NCBI GenBank assembly: GCA_045576075.1 | Contig: JAZNFQ010000008.1 | Location: forward strand, 62,283 to 126,282 | Direction: 5' to 3' | Length of the DNA stretch: 64,000 bases | From: Clostridia bacterium | Lineage (GTDB): Bacteria > Bacillota > Clostridia > Monoglobales > Monoglobaceae | Part shown: piece after piece, positions 39,393-48,081 of the stretch | How positions within the stretch are numbered: the first letter of the stretch is position 1 | Layout: each line of letters starts with the position of its first letter | Position numbers and translations under genes: made by a program | Notes under the pieces: generated by a model | Database searches by the model: none | What the model was told of the DNA's origin: nothing | Seen by the model: only the letters and a program-made list of their open reading frames with translations

Positions 39393-40439
39393 ATGAAAAC
39401 ACTTAGAGTTAATATTCCGCAGAGAGAATATGATATTCATATTGGAAAGGGTATATTGTCTGATATTGGTAAGATTTTGAGCGGGGTATACGACGGCAAA
39501 AAGATAGCAGTCGTGACAGATGATAATGTGGGATCGCTGTATGCAGAAAAGGTTAAACGCGCCTTGGAAGAGGGCGGGTACGAGTCTAAAATTATAACAG
39601 TAGCCGCAGGTGAACAGAGCAAGTCTGTTGCGGTGCTTGAGAGTTTGTATTCGGGGATGCTTGAATTTGGTATTACGCGTACAGACTTGATTATAGCACT
39701 TGGAGGCGGTGTTGTAGGGGATTTGACGGGCTTTGCGGCGGCGACCTTGCTCCGTGGAATTCCGTTTGTGCAAATTCCCACTACCCTGCTTGCACAGGTT
39801 GACTCAAGTGTTGGCGGTAAGGTTGCGGTAAATCTTAAGCAGGGCAAAAATCTTGCGGGCGCCTTTTATCAGCCCAAGATGGTTATAATAGATACAGACT
39901 GCCTCTTGACTCTGACGGATGAAATTCTTGCAGACGGTATGGCTGAAGTTATAAAGTATGGTGCCATTGAGGATGCAGAGTTGTTTGAAGTTTTAGAAGG
40001 TGTAGACGGCAGAGAAGAACTGTTTGAGAAAATTCAGGATATAGTATATACCTGCTGTAATATAAAAAGAAGGATAGTAGAGGCTGACGAGTGCGACCTT
40101 GGCGGGCGTATGGTTCTCAATTTTGGACACACATTTGGTCATGCAATAGAAAAGAAGTATAATTACAGTACATATACTCACGGTATGGCTGTCGCAGCAG
40201 GAATGGTTATGGCAACGCAGTGGGGAGAGGCACGCGGGATTACCGAGTGCGGGACACGCCATAGAATAGAGGAAATCCTGAAAAAGTATTCTTTGCCGAT
40301 TGATGCGGGACTTGAGCGTGAAGAGTTGCGTTCTGCGGTTTGCGTTGATAAGAAGGGCAGCGGAGATAAGATAAACCTTATACTTTTAGAGAAAATCGGA
40401 AAAGCTGTAATAAAAGAGATTGCTAAAGCAGAGATTTAG
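39393..40439 (+). CDS. aroB: 3-dehydroquinate synthase
   Basis: 348 aa with GGGVVGDLTGFAAAT and the metal-ligand region HTFGHAIE. Confidence 0.9.
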   Translation: MKTLRVNIPQREYDIHIGKGILSDIGKILSGVYDGKKIAVVTDDNVGSLYAEKVKRALEEGGYESKIITVAAGEQSKSVAVLESLYSGMLEFGITRTDLIIALGGGVVGDLTGFAAATLLRGIPFVQIPTTLLAQVDSSVGGKVAVNLKQGKNLAGAFYQPKMVIIDTDCLLTLTDEILADGMAEVIKYGAIEDAELFEVLEGVDGREELFEKIQDIVYTCCNIKRRIVEADECDLGGRMVLNFGHTFGHAIEKKYNYSTYTHGMAVAAGMVMATQWGEARGITECGTRHRIEEILKKYSLPIDAGLEREELRSAVCVDKKGSGDKINLILLEKIGKAVIKEIAKAEI

Positions 40440-40466
40440 CGCTGTTTCAAAAATGCGAAAGGACAG

Positions 40467-41021
40467 ATGAAAATGAAATTCTTTATTGCATCTGATATAC
40501 ATGGGTCAGAATATTATTGTCGCAAAATGCTTGATGAGTTTGAGAGCGGGCAGTATGATAAACTGATACTTCTCGGTGATATATTATACCACGGACCGAG
40601 AAATGACTTGCCGGGGCTATACAATCCCAAGGGCGTTATTGAAATGCTTAATAATATTTCGGATAAAATATTGTGCGTAAGGGGAAACTGCGACACCGAG
40701 GTAGATCAAATGGTACTTGATTTTCCGATAATGGCGGAGTATGCGTGTGTTTTTGCTGACAGAACAAATATGTTTCTTACCCATGGACACAGTATTCCAA
40801 GCACGGCAAAGCAAAGCGGAAATATAATAATAAGCGGACATACACACGTGCCGAAATGTGAGGAAAATGCAGATTTTCTCCACCTAAATCCCGGCTCTGT
40901 ATCTATCCCCAAGGAAAATTCACCTCATAGCTTTTTGACATTTGATAAAGGCGTATTTGAGTGGCACGATATTGAGAGCGGAGAAATATATAAGAGGTAT
41001 GAAATAACTTATGATAATTAG
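40467..41021 (+). CDS. YfcE/MJ0936-family metallophosphoesterase
   Basis: 184 aa with the DIHGS, GDILYHGPRN, GNCD and GHTH motifs. Confidence 0.8.
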   Translation: MKMKFFIASDIHGSEYYCRKMLDEFESGQYDKLILLGDILYHGPRNDLPGLYNPKGVIEMLNNISDKILCVRGNCDTEVDQMVLDFPIMAEYACVFADRTNMFLTHGHSIPSTAKQSGNIIISGHTHVPKCEENADFLHLNPGSVSIPKENSPHSFLTFDKGVFEWHDIESGEIYKRYEITYDN

Positions 41022-41973
41022 GGATTTAGAGCTTGAAAATAACGTCTTTCTTGCACCAATGGCAGGGGTGACGGATAAAGCCTTCAGGCTTATTGCAAAG
41101 CCTTTTGGACCCGCGCTTATGTATACCGAGATGGTGTCGGGAAAAGGGCTTTTTTATAACAGTAAAAAGACCGCGGATTTACTCGCAACGGAAAAACACG
41201 AAAACCCCGTTGCGACCCAAATTTTCGGGCACGAGCCTGAGATAATGGCAAAGATAGCCTCAGAGGCGTTGCTCGGCGGTGCTGTTATGATAGATATAAA
41301 TATGGGGTGCCCCGCACCAAAGATTGTAAACAATGGTGACGGATGTGCTCTTATGAAGAATCCAAAGCTTGCAGGTGAGGTTATCGCGGCTGTACGCGGA
41401 GCAGTAGATGTACCTGTATCTGTGAAATTTCGTGCGGGCTGGGATGAGGACAGCATCAATGCAGTCGAATTTGCAAGAGTTGCGGAGGAGAGCGGAGCGG
41501 ATGCCATAACCATACACGGACGGACAAGAAAGCAATTTTACAGCGGGTATGCAGACCTTGATATAATCAAGGCGGTTAAATCAGCGGTGAATATCCCCGT
41601 AATCGGCAACGGCGATATAGTGAGCGGAGAGAGTGCCGCCCATATGATAGAACATACAGGTTGCGACGGGATAATGATTGGCAGAGCGGCAGAGGGAAAT
41701 CCTTGGATATTCAGGGAGGTTTTACATTATCTGAAATACGGTGAGATTTTGCCGTCGCCAAGCCTTGATGAAATTTTACAGGTTGCTTTGCATCATCTTG
41801 AATTGCTCGTCAGGTTCAAAGGAGAGCATCGGGGAATTTTGGAAGGACGACGGCATATGTCGCGGTATTTTAGGGGTATAATTGGTGGTGCAACTTTGCG
41901 CGAGAGGATAAACCGCGTAAATACAAAAGCCGAAATGGAAGAGCTTTTAATGAGCTTTTGCGATAAAAATTGA
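41011..41973 (+). CDS. dusB: tRNA-dihydrouridine synthase
   Basis: 320 aa with LAPMAGVTD and DINMGCP. Confidence 0.9.
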   Translation: MIIRDLELENNVFLAPMAGVTDKAFRLIAKPFGPALMYTEMVSGKGLFYNSKKTADLLATEKHENPVATQIFGHEPEIMAKIASEALLGGAVMIDINMGCPAPKIVNNGDGCALMKNPKLAGEVIAAVRGAVDVPVSVKFRAGWDEDSINAVEFARVAEESGADAITIHGRTRKQFYSGYADLDIIKAVKSAVNIPVIGNGDIVSGESAAHMIEHTGCDGIMIGRAAEGNPWIFREVLHYLKYGEILPSPSLDEILQVALHHLELLVRFKGEHRGILEGRRHMSRYFRGIIGGATLRERINRVNTKAEMEELLMSFCDKN

Positions 41974-42031
41974 CATATTAATACAGAACTGATATACTAT
42001 GTTTCAAAGCGGAAACGGAGGATGCTGTGAA

Positions 42032-42811
42032 ATGGCAGACAAGAAGAGAATAGTTGTAAAGGTGGGGACATCCTCGCTTACCCACGATACAGGAAAGACA
42101 AATTTTAAGAGAATAGAAAATTTGGTTCGTGTTTTGGCGGACCTTATGAATATGGGAAATGAGATTATTCTTGTTTCCAGCGGTGCAATAGGCGTCGGTG
42201 TTGGCAAACTTGGGCTTGCTGAAAAGCCATCGAGTACACGCCAAAAACAGGCACTTGCGGCTATCGGGCAGGCGAGCCTTATGTCTATATACGAGAGATT
42301 CTTTATCGAGTATGGATATAACACGGGTCAGGTTCTCTTAACCAAGTTTGTTCTCGAGGACGAGATGCGCTATATAAGTGCACAGAACGCCTTTCAAACA
42401 ATGATTGATTATGGTGTAATCCCGATTGTAAATGAAAACGACGTAATTTCTACATATGAGATTGAGTTTGGTGACAATGATACCCTGTCTGCGTATGTTG
42501 CAAATCTGGTGAACGCGGATATGTTGGTTATACTCTCTGATATAGACGGATTTTATAACGGAAATCCAAGCGATGATAATTCGCGGCTTATTCCCGTGAT
42601 TGAGGAGATAACGGATGAAATCCGCAATTGTGCGGGCGGTGAGGGTACGCGCCGCGGTACAGGAGGAATGAAAACCAAGCTGAAGGCAGCAGAGCTTGTG
42701 TGCGAAAATGGAATTGATATGATAATCACAAACGGAAGCCAACCTGAAAATCTCTATAAGATAGTGGACGGAGAGTCTGTCGGAACATTATTTAAAGGGC
42801 ATAAAAATTAG
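42032..42811 (+). CDS. proB: glutamate 5-kinase (short form without PUA domain)
   Basis: MADKKRIVVKVGTSSLT.., VSSGAIG. ~259 aa from the ATG at 42032. Confidence 0.85.
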   Translation: MADKKRIVVKVGTSSLTHDTGKTNFKRIENLVRVLADLMNMGNEIILVSSGAIGVGVGKLGLAEKPSSTRQKQALAAIGQASLMSIYERFFIEYGYNTGQVLLTKFVLEDEMRYISAQNAFQTMIDYGVIPIVNENDVISTYEIEFGDNDTLSAYVANLVNADMLVILSDIDGFYNGNPSDDNSRLIPVIEEITDEIRNCAGGEGTRRGTGGMKTKLKAAELVCENGIDMIITNGSQPENLYKIVDGESVGTLFKGHKN

Positions 42812-42822
42812 AATTTTCAAGA

Positions 42823-42855
42823 CAAAGACCCGCGCAAAATTTGCGCGGGTCTTTG
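42823..42855. terminator. strong hairpin between convergent proB and spo0A
   Basis: 15-bp perfect stem CAAAGACCCGCGCAA/TTGCGCGGGTCTTTG. Confidence 0.7.
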
Positions 42856-42883
42856 CCAATTATATAATTAAAGGGAGAGAAAG

Positions 42884-43693
42884 CTATGCAGATTTTAATT
42901 GCAGTCTCAATTTATCTGCAATCATTGCAATAAACTCGCTGTTCGTCGGCTTGCCTTTGGCGTTTGCAATGGTGTAGCCAAAAAATGAGTTGAGAACCTC
43001 GGGGTCGCCTCTGTCCCAAGCGACCTCTATTGCGTGGCGTATTGCACGCTCTACACGGCTTGGGGTGGTATTAAAGTTTTCTGCGACGGTTGGATACAGT
43101 TCCTTTGTGATTGAATTTATAATGTCTAAATCCTCAACAACCATTATTATGGAGTTACGCAGATATTGATAACCCTTTATGTGTGCAGGGATACCAACCT
43201 CGTGAATAATATCGGTAACCATTGCTTCGATATCAGGTTCAGCTGGTCTTGAAATAACCCGAAGCTCATTTTTGTGTGAAGGCTCGGTCATAGAGAGGTC
43301 GGCTTCTTTTGCAAACATTTCTATTCTGTTAACTAAAGCCTCAAAATCTACGGGCTTTCTCATAAAATATTCCGCGCCGAGCGAAATAGTATGAGCCGCA
43401 ATTTTCTCATTGAGGATGGCACTTACGACAATAAAGGTAGGCTTGTTAAATTTTTTCTTTAATGATATCCGCTCCAGCACGCCAATTCCGTCAAGATTTG
43501 GCATTATCATATCAAGAACAACTATGTCAGGCTCGCTCTCTTCAATCATTTCAATTGCCTCTAAACCATCACGCGCACAGCCTACTATTTCAAGTGTACC
43601 CCGATGGTTAATAGCGGTTGTTAATACGCTTGTGTAATCTGTATCGTCGTCTACAATAAGTACCTTGGGTTTTGTCTGAGAAATATTTTCCAT
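42884..43693 (-). CDS. spo0A: stage 0 sporulation protein A (master response regulator)
   Basis: Receiver domain (VLIVDDD...DMIMP) plus the Spo0A-specific C-terminal DNA-binding domain ([18 protein letters not shown]). AAGGAG RBS before the ATG at 43693. Confidence 0.95.
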   Translation of the reverse strand: MENISQTKPKVLIVDDDTDYTSVLTTAINHRGTLEIVGCARDGLEAIEMIEESEPDIVVLDMIMPNLDGIGVLERISLKKKFNKPTFIVVSAILNEKIAAHTISLGAEYFMRKPVDFEALVNRIEMFAKEADLSMTEPSHKNELRVISRPAEPDIEAMVTDIIHEVGIPAHIKGYQYLRNSIIMVVEDLDIINSITKELYPTVAENFNTTPSRVERAIRHAIEVAWDRGDPEVLNSFFGYTIANAKGKPTNSEFIAMIADKLRLQLKSA

Positions 43694-43733
43694 TTTTTGC
43701 ACTCCTTTTGTTTTTTGTTTATCTTCTGTCTAT

Positions 43734-43763
43734 ATTATAAACTTAATTTACAAATTTTGTCAA
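43734..43763 (-). promoter_or_regulatory. predicted sigma-A promoter for spo0A
   Basis: Minus strand: TTGACA, 18-nt spacer, TATAAT. Confidence 0.5.
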
Positions 43764-43864
43764 TACATTTTAAGGAAATTTTTGGAAAAAATTTACATTA
43801 TTTTAAAATTTGCATAATTTACGGGAATTTGTGAGGCAAATCGACATTTTTATTGGCTTATTTT

Positions 43865-43900
43865 GCAAAAAGAGCCATAACCCTTTTGGGATTATGGCTC
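43865..43900 (-). terminator. intrinsic terminator after spoIVB
   Basis: 9-bp stem GAGCCATAA/TTATGGCTC followed by TTTTT on the minus strand. Confidence 0.75.
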
Positions 43901-43906
43901 GTGAGT

Positions 43907-44929
43907 TTAATTATTAGAGAGCATATTTTCAATAAAAATTCCGTATCCACGGGTTGGATCATTCACAAAAACGTGTGTCACAGCCCCCACAATTTTACCA
44001 TTTTGTAATATTGGTGACCCTGACATTCCGCGCACAATTCCTCCTGTTTTTTCTATAAGACGTTCATCGGTTATCTTTATAACCATTGAGCGCTCGGATG
44101 ACTTGTCCTTGTTGATTTTCAGTATTTCCGCCTTGTATTCCTCGCTGTGATTTCCCTCGATGTTTGATAGGATTGTGATATCACCCTCTGTGACTTCCTC
44201 ACAATTGGCAACCTCTGTCAGTTGAAAATCTGAACATGCAGACGAGTTATCATTTAGTCTTCCTTTTATCCCCGCCTTGTTATTTTCAGAAATGCTCCCG
44301 AGCTTAGGGCTGTCTTCGCTGAAAAGTCCTATAAGCTCACCCGGACTACCTTTTTCACCGCGTTTTATAGATGCAATATTTGCTTCAAGCACATCTCCTG
44401 AAGTAATCTTTGTAAGATTTTCTTCAAAGTCGGAAATTCCGTGCCCAAGCCCGACAAAAGTCATATCCTGTGGGTCGTAGCACGTCAGTGTTCCAATCCC
44501 CGAAGAGGAGTCTTTAATCCAAAGCCCGAGCTTGTACTTGTTATCAGCACTGCTTTGCTCGGGGGTGAGCTTTAGATGCTTTTGCTCTCCATTACGCTCG
44601 ACGGTGACGGACATTTCGGCATTTCCTATAGTGTCTGTGGCATTCTCCAAAACTTTTGCTGAGGTTATGTCGATGCCATTTATATTTAAGATAATGTCGC
44701 CGCTTTTAATGCCTGCATCCTCTGCGGGAGAGCAAGTCTTTCCGTCTGAGTTCTCGAACTCTGCAGTATTTACAACAATGACTCCTGATAGTTTTACTGT
44801 AATTCCGACTGTTTTGCCGATTGGGATAACGCTCTGACAATAGGCGAGGGAGCCTTCTAAAAATATGGTGCAAGAAATAAGAAGCAGAAATGCAGTTTTG
44901 ATAAATTTTGTTGAGTTTTTTAATTTCAT
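43907..44929 (-). CDS. spoIVB: SpoIVB peptidase (S55 signalling protease)
   Basis: 340 aa with an N-terminal TM segment, a PDZ region (GIKSGDIILNINGIDI) and the serine-protease motif GMSGSPI. Next to spo0A, as in other sporeformers. Confidence 0.9.
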   Translation of the reverse strand: MKLKNSTKFIKTAFLLLISCTIFLEGSLAYCQSVIPIGKTVGITVKLSGVIVVNTAEFENSDGKTCSPAEDAGIKSGDIILNINGIDITSAKVLENATDTIGNAEMSVTVERNGEQKHLKLTPEQSSADNKYKLGLWIKDSSSGIGTLTCYDPQDMTFVGLGHGISDFEENLTKITSGDVLEANIASIKRGEKGSPGELIGLFSEDSPKLGSISENNKAGIKGRLNDNSSACSDFQLTEVANCEEVTEGDITILSNIEGNHSEEYKAEILKINKDKSSERSMVIKITDERLIEKTGGIVRGMSGSPILQNGKIVGAVTHVFVNDPTRGYGIFIENMLSNN

Positions 44930-45036
44930 ATCTACCTCTTGGGAAAATGCTTAATCCTCAAATATAGTATAAGTTTATTTATAATTTTTAAAGCATGTAA
45001 GATAAAGAAAGAGGGGAAGTAAAATTAAATTATGTA

Positions 45037-45080
45037 GAAAAAATACAAAACTGCCCCGACGGTGAATTTACCGTCGGGGC
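45037..45080 (-). terminator. intrinsic terminator after the Asn-rich micro-ORF
   Basis: 11-bp stem GCCCCGACGGT/ACCGTCGGGGC followed by AGTTTTGTATTTTTT on the minus strand. Confidence 0.8.
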
Positions 45081-45092
45081 AACAACATTTAA

Positions 45093-45227
45093 CTATCTGT
45101 TGTTGTTCTGGTTGTTATTGTTGCTCTGGTTGTTATTGTTCTTGTTGTTGTTCTGGTTGTTATTGTTGTTCTGATTGTTGTTATTGTTCTTGTTGTTGTT
45201 CTGATTGTTGTTCTGATTGTTTGACAT
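45093..45227 (-). CDS. 44-aa Asn-rich micro-protein or leader peptide (MSNNQNNNQNNNKNNNNNQNNNNNQNNNKNNNNQSNNNNQNNNR)
   Basis: An ATG sits 7 nt downstream of GGGAGGA. There are 45 in-frame codons ending in TAG, and a terminator follows 12 nt later. It is not in the ORF track because it is shorter than 60 aa. Confidence 0.5.
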   Translation of the reverse strand: MSNNQNNNQNNNKNNNNNQNNNNNQNNNKNNNNQSNNNNQNNNR

Positions 45228-45402
45228 AATTTTGTCCTCCCAAAAAATAATTTTTTAATTTGTTATCTTCGGTACGTTGTTATTTTGTTCTGAAAAATTA
45301 ATATTATGCATATAAGTTAAAATTTAATAATTTGGTACTGTTTTAAATAATTTGAATACTATAATCTATATAGAGAATAATAAAGAAAGGTGATTGCATA
45401 AT

Positions 45403-46053
45403 ATGAGGCATTATTGTAACAGACAAAACCCTGACCGAAAAAAATCAGAAATTAATGATGAAAAGCCATACATACAGCCACAAATTCCCGTAGAGAGCGC
45501 TTTTGCTCTTGCAAGACAAGAGCAAACAAGAGAGGAAGAGGATACAGAGCCCGTCTTTCCGCCGAGCAGTTTTTCCGGAGAGGGCATTAACGCAGAAAGT
45601 GTGTATGATTCCCGAATGGGAGTGGGGGGATATCCTGTATATGATGCACAGGGCGGTTCGGTTTCGCAAAGGGGAGGATTTGTAAAACAGCTTACCGAAG
45701 ACGCAGACAGGGGAGTTTCGCAAGGGGAAACTTATGATTGCGAAGCCTGCAGAGAGCTCTGCAGAATGACCGAAGGCCCTGCCAGATTTAACGATATGAG
45801 CGGAAGTGTAGGATTTATCTCCCTGCCGACAAGAGAACCGAGCGGAATGTCATCTATGCCCGCATATCTTTCGGGATATAAGGGTAAATATGTCTGTATC
45901 GACCTCTGGAGCTCTGACGGCAGACGCATTGAGAAATGCGGGATGCTCCTTGAGATAGGGGATGATTTTTTAGTTGTCCGCAAGGGGTGTACGGGTGAGC
46001 TTACAATAATTGATTTAAAAACCATACGATACATAAGTATATATTGTAGATAG
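45403..46053 (+). CDS. putative spore coat protein, GerQ-like C-terminal domain
   Basis: The C-terminus YKGKYVCIDLWSSDGRRIEKCGMLLEIGDDFLVVRKGCTGELTIIDLKTIRYISIY resembles the GerQ/YwdL domain pattern. RBS aaaggtga before the ATG at 45403. This assignment is from memory and was not searched. Confidence 0.4.
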   Translation: MRHYCNRQNPDRKKSEINDEKPYIQPQIPVESAFALARQEQTREEEDTEPVFPPSSFSGEGINAESVYDSRMGVGGYPVYDAQGGSVSQRGGFVKQLTEDADRGVSQGETYDCEACRELCRMTEGPARFNDMSGSVGFISLPTREPSGMSSMPAYLSGYKGKYVCIDLWSSDGRRIEKCGMLLEIGDDFLVVRKGCTGELTIIDLKTIRYISIYCR

Positions 46054-46110
46054 GACTTTACAAATACTTTGCGGGTATGATATACTTACAGACGATGGGA
46101 GAGCGTCTGT

Positions 46111-47343
46111 ATGGGAGAAATAATTGATATAAAAATTCCTGATTACGTAACTGAAATTATGACATACCTCGAAGCGTCAGGCTTTGAGGCTTTTGTCGTT
46201 GGCGGATGTGTGAGGGACAGTCTGTGCGGAAAGAACCCAACCGATTGGGATGTGTGCACTTCGGCATTGCCGACTTGCGTAAAAGAAATTTTTGACGGCA
46301 TTATGACGGTTATCCCAACGGGAGAAAAGCATGGAACAGTTACAATTTTATCTAGCGGAAATGCGGTAGAGGTAACGACATTTCGCAGTGATGACGGATA
46401 TATAGACGGCAGACATCCAGAGAGCGTGAGCTTTGTTCCGTCTATAGAAGAAGATTTGGCAAGGCGCGATTTTACTGTAAATGCGATGGCTTATAACTAT
46501 AGTCGCGGGCTTGTTGATTTATATGGCGGGCGTAGTGATGTTAATTCAAAAATATTGCGGTGCGTCGGGATACCTCAAATCAGGTTTGAGGAGGATGCAC
46601 TTCGGATTATGCGTGCTCTCCGTTTTTCTGCTGTGTGCGGATTTGATATAGAAAAAGAAACTGAATTTGCCCTCCATCAATGCAGAGAACTTTTGAAAAA
46701 AGTATCGGCAGAGAGGAAATATGCAGAGCTTAAGAAAATCCTCGTTGCAGAGGCTCCGTCAAAAATTTTGATAAACTATAGAGATATTTTCGAGGTTATA
46801 ATGCCTCAGGCATTTTCCGAGGGAGTGTTTTCTGCGGATGTATGCTATCTTGCAGACAAAATGCCATATGATGCCTCTATGCGCCTTGCGACAATTTTAA
46901 GTTCGGCAGATGCAGATGGAGTAAGAAATGCATTGGCAGAGCTAAAGACAGAGCGGACTACCCGTCACACTGTGCTTTCACTGTGTGAGAGGAGCGGAGT
47001 AAAACCGCCTGCCGATAAGGTGTCCGTAAAATATATTCTCAAAGAGCTTGGCGTGGCTGATACCAAACTTCTGCTCGAATTTTGCAGAGTAAAGGCTCTT
47101 GTATCAGGCGGGGATGTGTGCGCATTTGAGTATGCAAATTCAATGATAGACGAAATTTTGGATAATAACGAATGTTTTTCGCTCAAAGACCTTGCGATAA
47201 AAGGTGCGGATATTATAAACCTTGGGTATAAAGAAGGCTGCGAGGTGGGAGAGCAATTAGACAGGGCACTTGTCAATGTGATAGAGGGGAATTTGCCAAA
47301 CAGACGCGAGGATTTGATTAAGTTTTTATCGCATAAAATTTAA
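46111..47343 (+). CDS. cca: CCA-adding tRNA nucleotidyltransferase (poly(A) polymerase family)
   Basis: 410 aa with the VVGGCVRD head domain and RDFTVNAMA. Confidence 0.85.
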   Translation: MGEIIDIKIPDYVTEIMTYLEASGFEAFVVGGCVRDSLCGKNPTDWDVCTSALPTCVKEIFDGIMTVIPTGEKHGTVTILSSGNAVEVTTFRSDDGYIDGRHPESVSFVPSIEEDLARRDFTVNAMAYNYSRGLVDLYGGRSDVNSKILRCVGIPQIRFEEDALRIMRALRFSAVCGFDIEKETEFALHQCRELLKKVSAERKYAELKKILVAEAPSKILINYRDIFEVIMPQAFSEGVFSADVCYLADKMPYDASMRLATILSSADADGVRNALAELKTERTTRHTVLSLCERSGVKPPADKVSVKYILKELGVADTKLLLEFCRVKALVSGGDVCAFEYANSMIDEILDNNECFSLKDLAIKGADIINLGYKEGCEVGEQLDRALVNVIEGNLPNRREDLIKFLSHKI

Positions 47344-47363
47344 TATGAAATTTGTAAAAACAG

Positions 47364-47392
47364 TTGCTTTTTTGCGGTGGATTGGATATAAT
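47364..47392 (+). promoter_or_regulatory. predicted sigma-A promoter for tmk-metK
   Basis: TTGCTT, 17-nt spacer, TATAAT. Confidence 0.5.
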
Positions 47393-47400
47393 ATTGTAGT

Positions 47401-48060
47401 ATGAGAGAGAAAGGCTTGGTGGGAGTTGTGTGCAAGGGTAGGTTTATCGTGGTTGAGGGTCTTGACGGAAGCGGAAAGAGCACTCAAATTCAGTTAATTA
47501 AAAATAAGCTTGAAGCTATGGGACAAAAGGTGTATATCACCGCAGAGCCTACAAGCTTTGAAACAGGCGCATATCTGCGGAGAATTTTGTCTGACAGCCT
47601 TGATAAAAATATGTATCTTCAGGCGGCGCTTTTCCTTGCGGACAGGCTTGAACACATAACCCATCCCGAGTTTGGAATAAAAAAATATATAGACGAAGGA
47701 TACATAGTAATTTGTGACAGATATTATTTCTCGACCTTTGCATATCAGGGTACTGCCTGTGATATGGATTGGGTTATGGAAATAAACCTTGGATGTGAGC
47801 AAATTTTAAAGCCTGATATCTGTGTGTTCCTTGATGTAAATCCTGATACCTGCAAGCAGAGGATAGACGATGTGCGCGAAAAGCCCGAGCTTTACGAAAA
47901 GGATGCAGAGAAGATGCGTCAGATACGTCAGAAGTTTCTCGATGTTTTCGACAGGCTTTCTGACAGCCACAACATCGCAATTGTCGATGCCAACACCGAT
48001 GTAGAAAATGTATTTTTATCCGCTTTTGAAAACGTAAAGAATGCTCTTGGTCTTGATTAG
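47401..48060 (+). CDS. tmk: thymidylate kinase
   Basis: P-loop FIVVEGLDGSGKST. The start is uncertain: the ATG at 47401 lies about 9 nt after the predicted -10, and the GTG at 47419 is an alternative. Confidence 0.9.
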   Translation: MREKGLVGVVCKGRFIVVEGLDGSGKSTQIQLIKNKLEAMGQKVYITAEPTSFETGAYLRRILSDSLDKNMYLQAALFLADRLEHITHPEFGIKKYIDEGYIVICDRYYFSTFAYQGTACDMDWVMEINLGCEQILKPDICVFLDVNPDTCKQRIDDVREKPELYEKDAEKMRQIRQKFLDVFDRLSDSHNIAIVDANTDVENVFLSAFENVKNALGLD

Positions 48061-48081
48061 TAAAACGAAAGGAAGATATAT

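Noticed and set aside
39180-39773. 197-aa minus-strand ORF bridging the leuS end and the aroB start
   Set aside because: It overlaps two well-supported plus-strand genes and their intergenic hairpin. There is no RBS, and the composition is Cys/Phe/Asn-rich and atypical.
45093-45227. The GTT/ATT/CTG-rich repetitive stretch considered as a CRISPR array or a purely non-coding microsatellite
   Set aside because: There is no repeat-spacer organisation. The periodicity is strictly 3 nt, it is read in one open frame with an ATG, a strong RBS and a terminator, and the repeats are imperfect. I kept it as a micro-ORF candidate instead.
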